From Mizuhopecten yessoensis (Eukaryota), in contig NW_018405506.1 in assembly GCF_002113885.1 (NCBI RefSeq), positions 167,441-231,440 of the forward strand: a stretch of DNA of 64,000 nt, read 5' to 3'. Positions 1-15,800 of the stretch are shown here, piece by piece (position 1 is the first letter of the stretch; every line of letters starts with the position of its first letter). Made by a program: the position numbers and the translations under genes. The notes under the pieces are model-generated. The model ran no database searches. It was not told where the DNA came from and was given only the letters and a program-made list of their open reading frames with translations.

Positions 1-437
1 GTCTCACAGTAAACACTTCACAGGTAGATACGCGAGGTGACATGCTTGTTACGTCAAGATGACAGATTTATGTCTCTCAAAGCTAAAACATCATGTACTG
101 CACAAGGCTGTAAATCATGTGTAAACTACTACCAGGGCAGTTGCAAAAAGATATTCAAACGGTTAAAATGGTGTCCACTAGTACTGTCCCCAAAAAATAT
201 AAGTTTGATACTTCAGATTCTATTAACTCATTCTCCCCTACATACTGGGTTGAATGGGTTAATGAGATTATATCATAATGTATAAGAAATTTTGAGCATT
301 ACAAATAGTTTTGAAAATGAACATTGTGAAAATAAACAGTATCAACAAATATAATTTAGTTTGTTAAAAATATTTTTTCCTCCCTCCATATATTTTATTA
401 AAACACAATTATTAAAACAAGTCTTCTCATTTTGCAG

Positions 438-509
438 AAAAATTAACCACAACAAGCTTACAGAAGTCCCTATGTTAAAAGGCCTAACATCTTTAACCAC
501 CTTGGAATT
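438..509 (+). CDS. LRIG: LRIG exon (LRR: [24 protein letters not shown])
   Basis: tttgcag acceptor, gtaagt donor, 72 nt, phase 2-2, LRR consensus. Confidence 0.9.
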
Positions 510-3500
510 GTAAGTATAACTCAGAATGTTTGAAATGATGAAATGCATATATCCAAAAAATCTGACTTTTTTTTCATGAGTTTAAAATTTGTACAGAGTG
601 CAAATTTGAATGTCCTCGAGCCTTGTTTGAAATGTACACGTTTGATGTGGACTTCAGAAGGAAGGCCAACTATGATGTTAGTTACCATTCATCAATTTTA
701 CAGTTGTCAATCTCGGCGACAGGGTCAGGGCAGATAACCTTGCACCTTCCTAACAGGGGAGATAACCCCATACCATACTGGATCATGTAGAGATGTGACC
801 GCTTTAATAGCAATTTAGGACAGTCTGTCTCTCCTGCCTTGATATCTTGTCCTGATAAAACATGCAGTGTTATCATGAATAAATATTTCCCTTTAATAAG
901 AGAAAACTATTTTATATTTAACTTTGTTACAATCAGTTCTTGTTGAATGAAATGAACAGATTAAATTTAAACCAATTAATAAAACAGATCAAAACTGAAA
1001 TAATGAAATTTCAAAAATTTGTATTTTGTGTTATTAAAAAGTCTTTTTTTCAGGTGAAACTTGAAGATCCTTTACCAAGTGTTAAGTCTCATTACTAAAA
1101 GATTGTTGGTCATCCGAATCTGGATGAGTCCCAATTTTAATAAAACGAGTCCAGGACTCAAATATATATGTCCCATAAATTTTAATAAATCGCTGAAGAA
1201 TATGCTTGAACATACGATTAAAAGTTTAATTTTTCATCAACAGAAATCACAACCGAATCCATACTCTGGCCATGGAGTTAACCACTCACATGGCCCAGCT
1301 CAAAGTTCTTGAACTCAGCCACAATCAGATCGTTGACATTGTTCCAGGGGTCTTTCCTGTCAACAACACTCTACAAAAACTGTAAGTATAACTGAGATTT
1401 ATAAAAAAATAGTTTTACCTTTCAGCCAGAAATTTTCAAAGATCCGAGATTCTCCGAGTTTTAAAAAGCTATCAAAATAGAGAGTATTTTTTGTTTTATT
1501 GAATAGACAAAATAGGTGTTCTGTAGGTTGTCCGATTTGAAAGATATGGGCTGTACAGTACAAGCTAAAAGGAAGTGTTGCATAGTAGAATGGGAATAGT
1601 ATGGTAGTAGATGAGGAAGGAAGCGAGAACGGCCAGCATCAGTACCTAACTGACAGGGGTAAAGGCTGCACTTGATCAACCAAAATCTTATTTACATATA
1701 TGCACTTCTCCCAATGTAAACAAAATCCTAAGTGGAATTGCTTGTTGTCACCAACTTCATTTGTCACTGGATTAAAATGCAATTAAGTTTGTTTTGCCCC
1801 ATAAACAAGGCAGAGAAAGTGTTAGTGTTACCCCCAGCAAGGCAATCCATCACACTGCAAATGAAAACAAAGACGAGTCCAACTGGAGCCACCGACCACC
1901 TAAAATTAACGGCAGACCTCTACATTAACTTTATCTTGATTTAAAAAAAAGTATAGTGATTATCATCACGTAAAACCTATGTTGGAGAGAGATTTGCCAC
2001 ATGAATATTCATTATTCATTCAATTTACATGAATAATGTTTCCAGTATTTGAATTTTGTATAATTATTTTGGATGTCATCATGATAATTTGGGACCATTC
2101 GTCGCTGAAACTAGGTTGTTCCAGTTAATACAATATTGAAACATTTGTGTTTCTGGTCATATGTTGATTGCTTTATGTTGAATACAACATTAATATATTA
2201 AAGTATTTGAAAACAGCAATGCTGAAAAACTGTACATACAATAATATTTAAATGTAATTGTTCCAACATAATCAGAAGGTCATGTTTTCAGGATTTTATT
2301 TGATTGTTTACAAAAATGAAATTCTTTGTAAACAAATCTGTACTGTAAAGAATATTCTGGCTGAGGCTGGGCCTGTAAGGTATTGACATGGTTTTGTAAT
2401 ATACATATGTACAAAACACAACTCATTAGTTTGTATTAACAAAGCAAACTGTATGCCAGCCCCGGCCAATGTTGCACATTTTTGGAACAATTACAAGGTA
2501 CTCGACGACCAGGTGCAGGCGTGTTTGTTACCCTCCTCTAATGATACACAGACTGGAAATGATACTTGTGTATGGTACAACTAGCGAGGAGTGTTTCAAC
2601 ACTGGTAGGGCGTCGGAGGCACAATGTGTTCTGCCCAGAACTCTAACAGGTGTACATGTGTAGTTGTGTTTTAGCTGGTTGATCCTTCATTTAAAATATG
2701 GAAAAAATTGTATGCAATGAAAGTCCAACATGTTAATACAATTTTAATACAATTTTTCTCTTTTTAAGGGTTAATTTGTTGACTCGCGCACTGTGTAAAT
2801 GTAAAACTACCTTGTGTTTGTATCTTGTAAACATTTTTTTTTTTTGTAACCCCCTAAATCTTTCGTCCACCGTAAAAAAAACATGTTTATTATTTTAGAC
2901 CCTGCTACCCATATTTTATCAATTATTAACACCCCTGCATTGCTCCCCTGTACCAAGTATATTCAAGTATATCTGAAATAGCCCTTGAATGAATTGTAGT
3001 CTTTTTGATATATATATATATATAGACTACCTTTTCAGCTGAAAATATTTTGAGTTTGAGATTTGCCACCTAATGAAAAAGAACATATCAGTAAATTTCA
3101 AAGTAAAAACTATATGTACACAACAACGTTGATATGAAAACAGATTTTAAATGCCTTTGTCACGGTTGGATGGTTTTGATATGAAAAGTTTAAACGATTG
3201 TTCAAAATCTTATTTTAAAAAGAAATGTTATCTGGAGTTTGATCCATGAAATTCGTGGGGTCGCAGGTTTCCTTGTGTTCCATTTGTGACAGAACAATAC
3301 AGAAGCATGTATCCAGAAAATCGTAGGTTATTGTGTGGCGGGGTGTCTCACAGGACAGCTTGGTGGGCAACCATCAGGTAGTGCGTGTCTCGCATAGGTA
3401 ACTGGATCAGTTGGGACACAACTGTTTTGCCAGGCCACGGAGTCAAACGCTAGCTCAAATTAGGAAACCCGAGACACACTATCTGCTAAAAGAAACATTT

Positions 3501-6500
3501 TCTTTCTCCACCGGTCCTGCCTGACTGCACGCGGCCCCCAGATACATAACAGTATCTTGTTCTTGAGAGTCAAAAGTTGCAAACCTCGTCTGAAAACAAT
3601 TATTAAATGTGTTGCCAATATGTTGTATGTGGTATCGAGGCCCGATAAAGTACCAAGTCATTGTGGGATCACTTTTAGCTCAAGTGAAAAAAATGCAGAA
3701 AGTTCCGCCTGTGCTTGAAAAAAGCGAGGCTAGAATTGCCCATCACTTTTTATGTGAGTAAAAGTCAGCTACTGGAGAGTACATATGTAGGACTGGGTTT
3801 AACATCATTAAATATAAAGAAATAAACAGCCCACTTCCGTATTGATACAGATTTTTTTTTTTTTTACAGATTTGTGAATTTAGTTCTAGATAATTTGTTA
3901 CAGAAATCAGAAGCAACATAATGTGGTTGGATTGCCTAGATGGTTAAAAATATATTATATTGCTTACACATAGGGGACTGCATGTGTCGAGTCGGTGTTG
4001 GTCTGATAAAGCTATGCATAGGGCACTTGTTCTGATTGTCTTGTGTATAAAAAGAGTACCAAGTTCAGAGGTACCCTATACATAGGAATCACTGTACCAC
4101 ATAGTACGATTATCCTCTATGTTGATGGAGGGGGCTGCATGTTTGAATTGTCCTATATATATATATATAAATAGGGAAGAGAGCTGCGCGTTTATGTCAT
4201 TCCAACATGCATACTGGTACACTTCTCCAAGTTGATGATGATAGATGTGGATGATGTAATGGTTGTAATGCGTGTTAGTGTGTGATGTTCTGTGCTAGCA
4301 ATCCTGAGAAAATGCACATTATTAAATTAAGTGGATCAATTGTTGGTATTTGGCAGTTACAGAATGTTAGGAATCGGTACATTTATTACAATTTGGGTAA
4401 CACATTGCTAGTTTCTGTACAACACAGCATCTTATAGAACCATCTAGCTAGTTTTTCATGATGTGATGTTGTAATTATAAATTATTACATAATAGCATTA
4501 TCCTCTTTAATTTTTGACACATTTTTAGAATTTATAGAAAAAATTGGGGCACTTGCAATAGACATAATGTGAGATACAACATATGTAATTTTCCTTTGTA
4601 AACACCGCCATCACTTTGTGTTTGTACGCTGTGTCTGGGGCTTGGAGCCTTGTGTGATAAATTACCGCAGGCCCTATGGAATGATTGTTAGATAATTATG
4701 CTTGTTTGATGTAGGTGTTCTTGATGGGTGTATATGTAACACATTCATGTTTTTGTGTTTTACAGAACACTCAATGGAAACGGTCTGGAAACATTTGAAT
4801 CGGGATGTTTTGACAACTTAACATCATTAGAAGTGCTGAAGATGAATAAAAATAGAATCCGCTTCCTGCCGAAGAATTTATTCAGTAAAATGAATAAACT
4901 GAAAACATTGTAAGTGTTCCTTTAGAGCAAAAGAAATTATGCATTTTCCACACACTTTTCAGTTTTGAATGCCTCATTCTTGACTAGATGAGAAGCAGAT
5001 TGGCAATACATTCAAGTGGGAAACATTTTTGCTCAAAATGAAAATGTGTAGACAGGGAGACTATGGCCAACATTTGAGATATTATGAGTTTGGCTACGGG
5101 TAGTTGCAGAGGTAAGTAGAGGAGAATAAAAGAGATAATTTAAGCCACTCGAGCAACTTCAATTTGTTAAAGGAATTGATATCAACTAGTTAGCAATATC
5201 TCACCTGTTTCTAATTTTTCAAACACTAACCAAATTCTTATTCATAAATACCAAACATCGGGTGACTTTTGGTTTTGTGCTTGGTAAAGTCTGATCTTAA
5301 AATTCAACACAACTGTATTTAACACTATTGGTCAGTTACTGTTGAACTATGCAAACTTTTATTTTTTACACATGATAGCAAAAATAACTCTGGCAAAACA
5401 TCAGAGCTATTTAAACTGTAGTGTCTACAGCTAAAGTACTTTTTGTTTCTTAACTCAAAAGCAAAAAATATACTGAGATTTGAGACCTTGTCTTGTCAGC
5501 ATTGATTTGGGTTATAAGTTAATATTGTAAAACATGGTGAGAAAAATTCATGTGTCAGAATTTTTTACAGATGTGATCAACATTAACATTTTATTTATGG
5601 CTTTTATACTTTTACATTTACATATGATATGAGTTACTAGAAAAAGCACCAGAAGTGTGAATAGTGGGAGAGAGGCATTAATTTATAGCAGTGTAAAATT
5701 GGATTTTTGTTCGCCATTTAATATAAAGTATGTATACACATTACTATTTTGACACTCTGTTGCCCTCGAAGCATCTTAATGAAAATGGTGTTAACTTTTA
5801 TAAAATTCATAATATGTATTTTGTCGTGGTTGTATAGGGCACATGTTTATGCAGCTGTCCTTACCAAATCCTGCTTAACCCTTTCACCACTGTAGACCAT
5901 AATGGACTCGTCCAGATCAATTTATGGGAGAGTCTACTAAAGTTGCATAGGGGTGGAAGGGTGAATAGAGAAATATTTTGTGAACCAACCACCAAGGTTA
6001 AGATAGAACCTGTGCAATTATGTTCAGTCAGAAACGTTTACAAATTGTATATGGTCCTTCTTCGACCTATTCCACCATGGACAAGGTTTCACAGAGTGTT
6101 TCTTGCATTTTTCTTACCGGTTTTTAAAAAAGAAAATAAAGTGAAATCTTACAAAGTTTCCAGAAACCAGTGTTAGATATTGCTGAAGTATTGGCATTTT
6201 ACACAACAAAAAATCATTTTAGAAAACAAGGCTTGGGAATTTGTCATATTGCAGGCCCGTCAGAAAAGGACCCGTTTTTGTTTATAATAACACTACTGGT
6301 AACAGATCATAGAAGATTAATCGGAAATACTTCATGCAACTTTAATCATCATAATTGAAATTATACAGATGCCTTTAGAAGCAGTAGCTACAGCCTATCT
6401 GACATAAAGCACATGTTGCTTAAGCTGGAAGTATAATTAGTACCTTGCAAGGAGAGTCCCCCATGCATCATAAACACATTTCTGTGAAATGAAATGTTTG

Positions 6501-6824
6501 TGCTGGCCTAAGATGGAAGGCCTAGATGGTGGAAGAAGTGGGCTATAGACAATGCTGATAAATCACCAGGCTTGTCTGGCAAGCTCGCTCCATTCCTTTT
6601 CCTAGCTTCTCTCGAAAATGCAAGCTTCAGGGGACAAATAATAATCTTCAAACCTTCTTTTTTCGCAGCATTCAGACTGTTTCTTTCTGAAGTTTTTCAT
6701 TGTGATTGTCGTAAGACTATTTTGATTAAATCGTGGCATGTTTTAACGCTAGTCTATCGGGTCAGTGGCTGCTGTGACAATGTGTGGGTGATGATATAGA
6801 GCTAACCAGACTAGAGCTCGTGGC

Positions 6825-6858
<34 letters not shown>

Positions 6859-9800
6859 NAGCAGGACTGTCATTACAGCATTGTTACAAGACTGGTGGAG
6901 AGGCTACCAGTTTTTTCTCCACAGCATTTCATTTAAACTTGTACCATGGAAAACACATTTAACTTAGATGACAGATAGCAATCAGTTAGGGATTTATGGC
7001 CCAGAGTTGTGTTTTTACATGCGATTAGGTTTTGAGATGCACAGGATTGTTCGATGATTTGAGGGAAATGACACATTTTGTTTGGATAATTATGAGCCTC
7101 GTGTATCGATTGCTTGCTCTGTGCCAACTGTAAATCGCTTTTTGAATGTGCACCAAATATCTTCATGGGAATATTATTTTCCTATAATAGAGTTAATAAA
7201 ATGAAAGGATTTGCCGCTATGACTTATCTCTACTTCATCTTTATGGAGAAATAACATACTAGTCTTGATGATTAATCACATCTCATTACTTTTAAACCAT
7301 TTAGACATCATGTTTAGGACAACAGAATAAACGGAAATCGCTGTACACTGAGTAGAATAGATGAAAAATACTGTACACATATATAGGACAACATGATGAG
7401 AGAAATCACTGTACATTTAGGAGAATAAACAGAAATCACCATACACATAGGACAACATAATAAAGGGAATCACTGTACACATAGGACAACAGAATAAAGG
7501 GAATCACTGTACACACAGGACAACAGAATAAAGGGAATCACTGTACACACAGGACAACAGAATAAAGGGAATCACTGTACACACAGGACAACAGAATAAA
7601 GGGAATCACTGTACACACAGGACAACAGAATAAAGGGAATCACTGTACACACAGGACAACAGAATAAAGGGAATCACTGTACACACAGGACAACAGAATA
7701 AAGGGAATCACTGTACACACAGGACAACAGAATAAAGGGAATCACTGTACACACAGGACAACAGAATAAAGGGAATCACTGTACACACAGGACAACAGAA
7801 TAAAGGGAATCACTGTACACACAGGACAACAGAATAAAGGGAATCACTGTACACACAGGACAACAGAATAAAGGGAATCACTGTACACACAGGACAACAG
7901 AATAATCAGAAATCACTGTACACATAGGACAACAGAATAAACAGAAATCACTGTACACATAGGACAACAGAATAAAGGGAATCACTGTCCACATAGGACA
8001 ACGGATAAAGGGAATCAATGTACACATAGGACAACGGATAAAGGGAATCAATGTACACATAGGACAACGGATAAAGGGAATCAATGTACACATAGGACAA
8101 CGGATAAAGGGAATCAATGTACACATAGGACAACGGATAAAGGGAATCACTGTACACACGGGACAACAGAATAATCAGAAATCACTGTACACACAGGACA
8201 ACAGAATAATCAGAAATCACTGTACACATAGGACACCAGAATAAAGAGAATCACTGTACACAGAGGACAACAGAATAAAGAGAATCACTGTCCACATAGG
8301 ACAACAGAATAAAGAGAATCACTGTACACATAGGACAACGGATAAAGGGAATCACTGTACACATAGGACAACAGAATAAAGGGAATCACTGTACACACAG
8401 GACAACAGAATAAAGAGAATCACTGTACACACAGCACAACAGAATAAACAGAAATCACCATACACATAGTACAACAGAATAAAGGGAATCACTGTACACA
8501 CAGGACAACAGAATAAAGAGAATCACTGTACACACAGCACAACAGAATAAACAGAAATCACCATACACATAGTACAACAGAATAAAGGGAATCACTGTAC
8601 ACACAGGACAACAGAATAAAGGGAATCACTGTACACATAGGACAACAGAATAAAGGGATTCACTGTACACATAGGACAACAGAATAAAGAGAATCACTGT
8701 ACACACAGGACAACAGAATAAACAGAAATCACCATACACATAGGACAACAGAATAAAGGGAATCACTGTACACACAGGACAACAGAATAAAGAGAATCAC
8801 TGTATATGGAAAATATTCAGAGTTTTGTTGGTCAAGGAAGACATAGAGGGTCTTGCCACATGACCATGGAATAAAAACATTGAGGCTTGCACATGATCTT
8901 AGAAAACAAACATCAGGTTTTGTCACATGATCATAGGGAAACATCAGAGCTTGTCACATGATCTTAGAAAACAAACATCAGGGCTTGTCACATGATCAGG
9001 GAAACATCAAGGCTTGTCACATGATCATAGGGAAACATCAGGGCTTGTCACATTATCAAAGGACACCTGAGGGCTTGTCACATGATCTTTGAAAACAAAC
9101 CTCAGGTCTTTCACATGGATCATAGGGAAACATCAAGTCTTGTCACATGATCATAGGGAAACATCAGGGCTTGTCACATGATCATAAGGAAACATCAGGG
9201 CTTGTCACATGATCATTTATAGGCGGCATACCAATAAACAATAACTTTACACTGATAATTGCCCAGCGTTTCAGATTTAAGAAGTCAGTTGTAAATAGTA
9301 GTTGTAATTTTTAATTTGCTGAATGTTGTTTTTATCTTGTTTCACAGAGAGATAACCAAGAACCAGCTCCGCCAAATTGAAGGTCTTTTATTCCAACAGT
9401 TATCCAATTTACAAACTTTAAAGCTTCGGAAAAATCAGATATCAGTATTGATGGATGGAGCGTTTTACGGCCTAACTAAGATACAGAGCTTGTAAGTATA
9501 TTACCTGGGTCGGTATAAATTGACTGCATATCGTACTGCATCAGGTGCTCTCTAGGTAGTTATAGTGTAGCTAGCTGTTCTGTAATGTTATAACACCACT
9601 TAACATAACGGTCCATTTTTAATTAGAACCTAATCATTGATCATGTTTAAATGATTCAATGTGCTGGGGACCAAGTAAATGTTCATAGTTTTTAGTTAAT
9701 TATCTCTGTTATTAGTTACGCATTAATGATCTCTGATTATTTTGGGGTCATCATATCAATTCCTAGAGGTTTTAAATTGCTAGTAATTGAATGTTGAGGA

Positions 9801-12800
9801 ATTGGAGAAACCTGATAATATATAGAGAAAAAAATAATAGCAAACATTTTGAGAAAAAAAAAGTTTTTATAAGTTTTAGCATTTAAAAAAAGTAAATATT
9901 GCTTTTTACAGACAACTTGACCACAACAACATTTCAAATGTGACCCAGAGCTGGCTGTATAGGATGGAATCCCTCAAACAACTGTAAGTATCTGGTAGAT
10001 CTTCTGTCCCATGTGTTCTTATTGGCAGTACCATTGACAGTCCTATATTCTAGATCTGTGGTGTTGATGGTCTAACAGACCGTCTATCCTCGGTGTTCCG
10101 AGCACATTTAGTACATTCAGTCTAAAACAGAATGCAGTTGCACCAATTGTCTATCAATGAAGAATAAAACTGTTCAATATTAAAATCTACAAAGGAAATC
10201 AATGCGACACATTGAATTTTAACCCTGACAAAAGGGTGAACTATAATTCACCAAAGAACTTTACCGCTAGCTGTAAATTTACATTCTACGTGTCTTGTGT
10301 TGGTGAAACTTAATGGAATTAATGTCTCAATTAAATAAAATTCAAAGTAAAAGGTTTGGCTTTATGAGGGGATATAGATAAGGTAAAGGGTGATTTTTTT
10401 TCCTTTAAAAATGCATTAAAATTTTGTCTCTCTGTGGAGTCCGCAACCATTCCCTATGAAGTCGTTCATGAACAAACATAGTTTTCCTTGAGCAGGTGTG
10501 CCTGTGATTCATGCCTCTACATACATTATTTATCAAGTAATGGTTGTATGTAATTTATAGGCGAGTAAAAGATTGAAACGTGCATTAAATTTCTTTAAAA
10601 AAAAGAAATGAGAAGGGAAATAATTAGTATTTACACGATACAATACAAGGGTAGTATCACTATTACGCTACCTGATTAAATCTCCCGGCCTTAAAAAACA
10701 CCACAACAATTGCAGAAAGTTTATTTGTTATAGGAGATTTTACAGCGGAGAAAAAAAGGAAATGAAATGTTACTTTTATGTGTCTTACAATGTAAGATCA
10801 GCAGGCTTCCCACATGCATATACATGACTCTGCTACCCGTTGTATGCTCCTTAGAAAGCATTGGAGTTGTGGTATTGTTGGATAATAGGTAGATAGCAAA
10901 GTAGGTAATCTGGGCGACAGCGGGAGGGCCATCTGACCTGAACAGGGCAAGTAGAGGCGGCTCCACGGGACCAGGCGTAAGCGTTTCCTACTTCTCACCT
11001 CCGCTGATACTGGCATACTCCACAGAATTAATTTCTCGGCTCAAGTGTTATGCTGCAGAATTTTGTGTGAATAACTAGACTTAACACTTTATATAGATGG
11101 TTGTTACTGATTAAAAACTGTTGAGAAGAGTTGAGTTCCAAACTGTTTGATTTGAATTCATTATTTATTTTTTTAACCCGGCCATGAAGGTGATGATGGT
11201 GTACAATTATTTTGCCTCGTAGATTAGGAATTGATTGGAGAAATTGTAGGGTGTGATGGTATCTAGGTGTGAATTCCTTTCGATACAGGGTTCTAAATTA
11301 AAAGATTTTTCTTGTAATTTAACAGAAAATTAATCAACTCATTAAGATAGTGCATTAAGATCATGAATTTCCGTCCAAAGTTATGCTCAAATGGCAAATT
11401 ATCTCATAGGGTTACATCACTTCCTGACCGATCCCATTCACAATTTTTTTTTCATTGGTGATCTTGCCTGTGTTGGAAAAATTAATATGAATTAGTGAAG
11501 TGTGAGATTATATTCTATTGAAAATAATTAATTGGTTATTACTTTCCTTTCAATACACTAAAAATAATGAGATCTGTTAAAAATAATTAATTGGTTATCA
11601 CTTAAAAATGATGGTTTTGCCATAATTGAACCTAGTCGTGATATTAGGATTATGACTTAAAGATGGATTCTATGGCAGTTTTGGTGTTGCTAGAGAAATT
11701 GTTGTTAGATCAAATAAAAGCTCAATTAGATGGAATGTGTACTTGTAACAGGAACATGAGTTGTTGATAATGATGAATCTGACCAATCCTTCATGTGGAA
11801 ACTCAGATCTTGCGATGATTCCTGTATTTTATCCCATTCTTGACTTTATTTGTTTACTGCAATTTGATTGGTTACCAGCTGGTACAATATATAGGGTGAC
11901 CATGTTTTCCAGGTCTCACCTCAAATTGACATATATTGTGAATCTCAATCCATCTCTCTAAATCTCTGACAGTCTTGTTTGTCCAATGAAAATATTGTTA
12001 ATAATAATCTTGCCCAACTGTTTGAAACAAATAGAAATTGGGATAGCATAAATGTTCCAGATCATAATGATGATAAGAAATATAATATATTGAGAGTGTA
12101 AAATAGAAGTTGTTTGTATTTCGCTCTAAATTCAAAATCAACCTTCTCCTGCTGTGTTGTACAGCAGTGTATTTATAGGAAGAACAATAAGACACAGCTA
12201 GGTAGGGAGTGATTAGTTATGATGAAATAATGCAACAAAAATCCAGTTTTACAATTTTATACATGTTTTTGTTTCATTACCCAATAACTCTCCAGTGTTC
12301 AACTCCAAAACTAGGGCCAGACATTTTGCAATCCAATTTTCTTACACATTAACAGCCTTTGTTGTTAACACAAAGAAAGGTTTTTTTCTCCGCTGGACAG
12401 GTCTTGGGGGAGATATTAACACTGAAAGACATACACAGCTTACATCAGGAGTGAACCAATACTTCTCAATCAATATTTCATAAATATTCGAGTGAACACT
12501 TGCTAATGATTTGCTGTCTAATAGGACGTCTCAGCAGGCAAACACTCTTATACATTAAGTCATGCTGGTGTAGAGAGTTAGTTAACCATGTACTGGTGAG
12601 CTAGCAAGCATGTATTTACCAAGCTGAAGCCTGTCTGTAAGCTGGACTGTAGACTGTTATATAAACACCACATACCACTCTCCATCTTAGCTTTATGGCT
12701 CATTGTTGTCAAAAGGAAAATACCGTGTATCCCTTACCTCATGATCATATACAGTTTCAAACAGCAGATTCTCTTTTTTTGTCATTCCAGTAAGATAATT

Positions 12801-15800
12801 AGAATACAAATAAGTTATAGGAATCACCTTTTTACATGTATTACATAAAATCAGCTTCTCTTAGACATTCGATTTTATTTCTTGAGTTATATTTTTATTT
12901 TTTAACGAATTCCTTGAATTTCTCTCCAAATATTGATTTGAAACAGCATTAAGATATATGTGTTAGGAACTACATGCATGTGCATACAGAATTGATATTC
13001 CAACTGCCAACATAATTTATATTCCAGCCGGTATATCCAAGACAGGTTACAATCCCGTTGTTTGTAACTCTCTTCTATCACTTTCCTCCCCTGCTAGACC
13101 AGTTTGTTTGATAGACTTGCTCAAGTCTTTAACAGAAACATGTAAAAAAAACAAAAAAAATTAGACTATCCAAAATTGTATTCTACTACCATCCTCCAAA
13201 TTCATTCTAACTCCTCAACTTGTCAAATTCATAATCCACTTTAAATACTTAAAATTTAGTATACAACTGTGCATGCACAGCATACAGAAATTGAATTCCA
13301 CACCAGATGTATCGAAAAACATATTCCTTCCTGTGAAGTTATGCTTACACTTAGCAGCTTACAAAAATAATGTTCCAACCCACAGACCCTACAGAGGTTA
13401 TCATCATCTACTCCAGAACTAGAGTACATGTGATATTCTAGCTGAAATAATATCCTCCCTCCCTCAAAGTTTGAGTTTTATTTCTATAGCTGCGATACAA
13501 GGTTGAATACAAAGCTAGCAATACTCTAGCTCAAAATAAGAAAAACATGCCTTCGAAATGTGATCTAGTCTTTAAGTACGGCCAAAATGTTAGGAGACTA
13601 GAGTTACATTTAAATGTAAATTGTAGGAAAGTTGAGAAGAATTTGTTTTAGTTGTAAAGGTCTCTGGAACACAGTAACATTAGAATAGCTGACATATTTA
13701 CAGGTCAAAGAGTCGGCCCATCTGCACTGCCGTGTGCCTGGTTAGTGCAGAACGAGACTATTATTTGTTAGCTGGTAAGGCAACCTGTTAACTGATACTG
13801 AAAGTAGTTCACTTCAATTTGCTTCATGTAGAAATTGAAACTTCAACAAAAATAAAATCAACAATCCGCTAATATGATACCTCATCTTTTTTCCCATTTC
13901 CTATGCAGGCTTGAAGTAAAAATGTATTTTATCGAAATAGAAGATTGAAATAAAAACGTTTTTATATAAAAAGAAAAGAGTCTACTATCTAGTGAGTTTG
14001 TGTTCTAGCCAGAAAGTTGATCAAGCCTCATAGCTTATGAATGTGTCAGTTGTTTTTCTCTTTATGTTGTGAAATAAAAAAAAAATCTGAAACATTTCAA
14101 TCGTTAATAGTATCATATTGTAGGGATGCATACCATAAATAGCTGGTTTTGTACAGTGGGGACTCGAGATGACTTGAAACGCCATCTATACATCACATAT
14201 ATAGGGTTTTGTCATGATAAGTCCATCCCTACAAACACATGCCCTCTATAAATGGTCTCTGCATCTGCCTTTTTCAATTGTATAAAATCCTGTTGCACTT
14301 GATTGGAATCAACACTGTAATCGTGATGGGAATATCAATGTGGAAAAAGTTGAAAAGTTGTGTTTACTGGAGAAAATAGTTTGAATTGATAAGGAAAATG
14401 TGATTATTACAACACAATGGTTTCGAGATTTTCGCAATAGTTTTCCCACTATACTCATTTTAAAATTACTTAAACCAGCAAATTGTTTTCAGATTTTGAT
14501 AATGGCTTCCATCTCTACCTATTTGGAAATGAAATCATAAACAATGTGTGTGAATGTGCTGCAATTATTTTTGGCATTTTGGCGGTTTTCCTCTATGAAA
14601 TGCTTGCTGAAAAACATCTGGCAATGAAAGTGGAACAAGCGGCCATTAATTGTTGAGGCCTTCAGTGACAGCTGTATCAAACTTACAGCAGTACAAATGC
14701 CTGTAATTGGCCAAAGTGTGAGTCAGGATTCTTATATAGCTACCAGGGGGGCAACTTCTAATTGTCTCCGTCTTTATATACAAGTGTTCTAATGTAAAAA
14801 CATTGTGTTCTAGAATTGGCACGTTATTTGTAAGATAAAAACTGGAGTAATAAACTAAGGCAGGTTCACAATTACTGAACATTGTCAATTATATTACATT
14901 AACCAGTTAGAGAAAGTACATAACCTTGATGTGTCGGCTACATACATACATACATACATACATACATACATACATACTACAGTCAGGCCTTGTAAGAACA
15001 GTACCGTATATAATTGACTTGAATATACTTCTGATGCATGAATTTCTTTTTTCTTTGTTTTAGATCCCTGACCAACAACAGAATTCAAATTATTGACCCC
15101 GAGAGTTTGGAGGTCTGCAAAAATTTACAGCTTCTGTAAGTATCCAGTTATGTGGTAGAGAACTTTAGTAGTCATGGGCAAAAAAAGTATGTTGTACAGT
15201 CTTGTAGTTTTTTGGGGATTATCTTAAGGCAGTTATTAAAATATCTTTTCAGAGTTGTAAATCATGTAAGATATAATTTGACAAGAAATTTGTCAAAGTA
15301 ACAAAAGGATACACAATAACTAGGGGAATTCTGATATCTTAATTAGTAATATTTAGCATATATACTAAATTTAGCATATATACTAAATATTACTAATTAA
15401 GATATACTAAATATTACTAGTTAAGATCTTAACTAGTAATATTTAGTATATCTTAATTAGAAATATTTATGATTACTTTATTAGTAATATTTAGTACAGC
15501 ATTAATTCAGCATTATTCAGGAAATAATTGGGATAGCCAATGAGGAAATGTATCCCAAGTCTGGCTGGCTGAGAAAGTGATGTCAAATTGCTAATACTAT
15601 GAGCCGGGGAAATGTACCTGGGCCTTGGATAGCTCAAAGAAAGAGATGTCAGCAATTACTTTCTAATCAGAATTTTCACAATGTCATATTTTGAAAAGAA
15701 GAGTTTTAATAAAAAAAAATGTGTAAGGCAATGATTGTGTGGGGAGTTGACAATAGCCTGTGTTTGTCATGTTAATTTGGACACTGAAAGGCCATCGGTG

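Noticed and set aside
6825-6859. Long poly-C run (also poly-G at 57722-57773)
   Set aside because: Both adjoin N bases, so lengths are unreliable and probably reflect sequencing or assembly problems.
7878-8166. Repetitive Cys-containing ORFs (also 38700-42546, 50258-50458 and 61797-63000)
   Set aside because: These are translations of tandem repeats whose units are mostly not multiples of 3; no splice or homology support.
10721-11016. Nested antisense gene in an LRIG intron (overlapping minus-strand ORFs)
   Set aside because: No recognisable protein motif or consistent exon chain; noted only as a possible regulatory patch.
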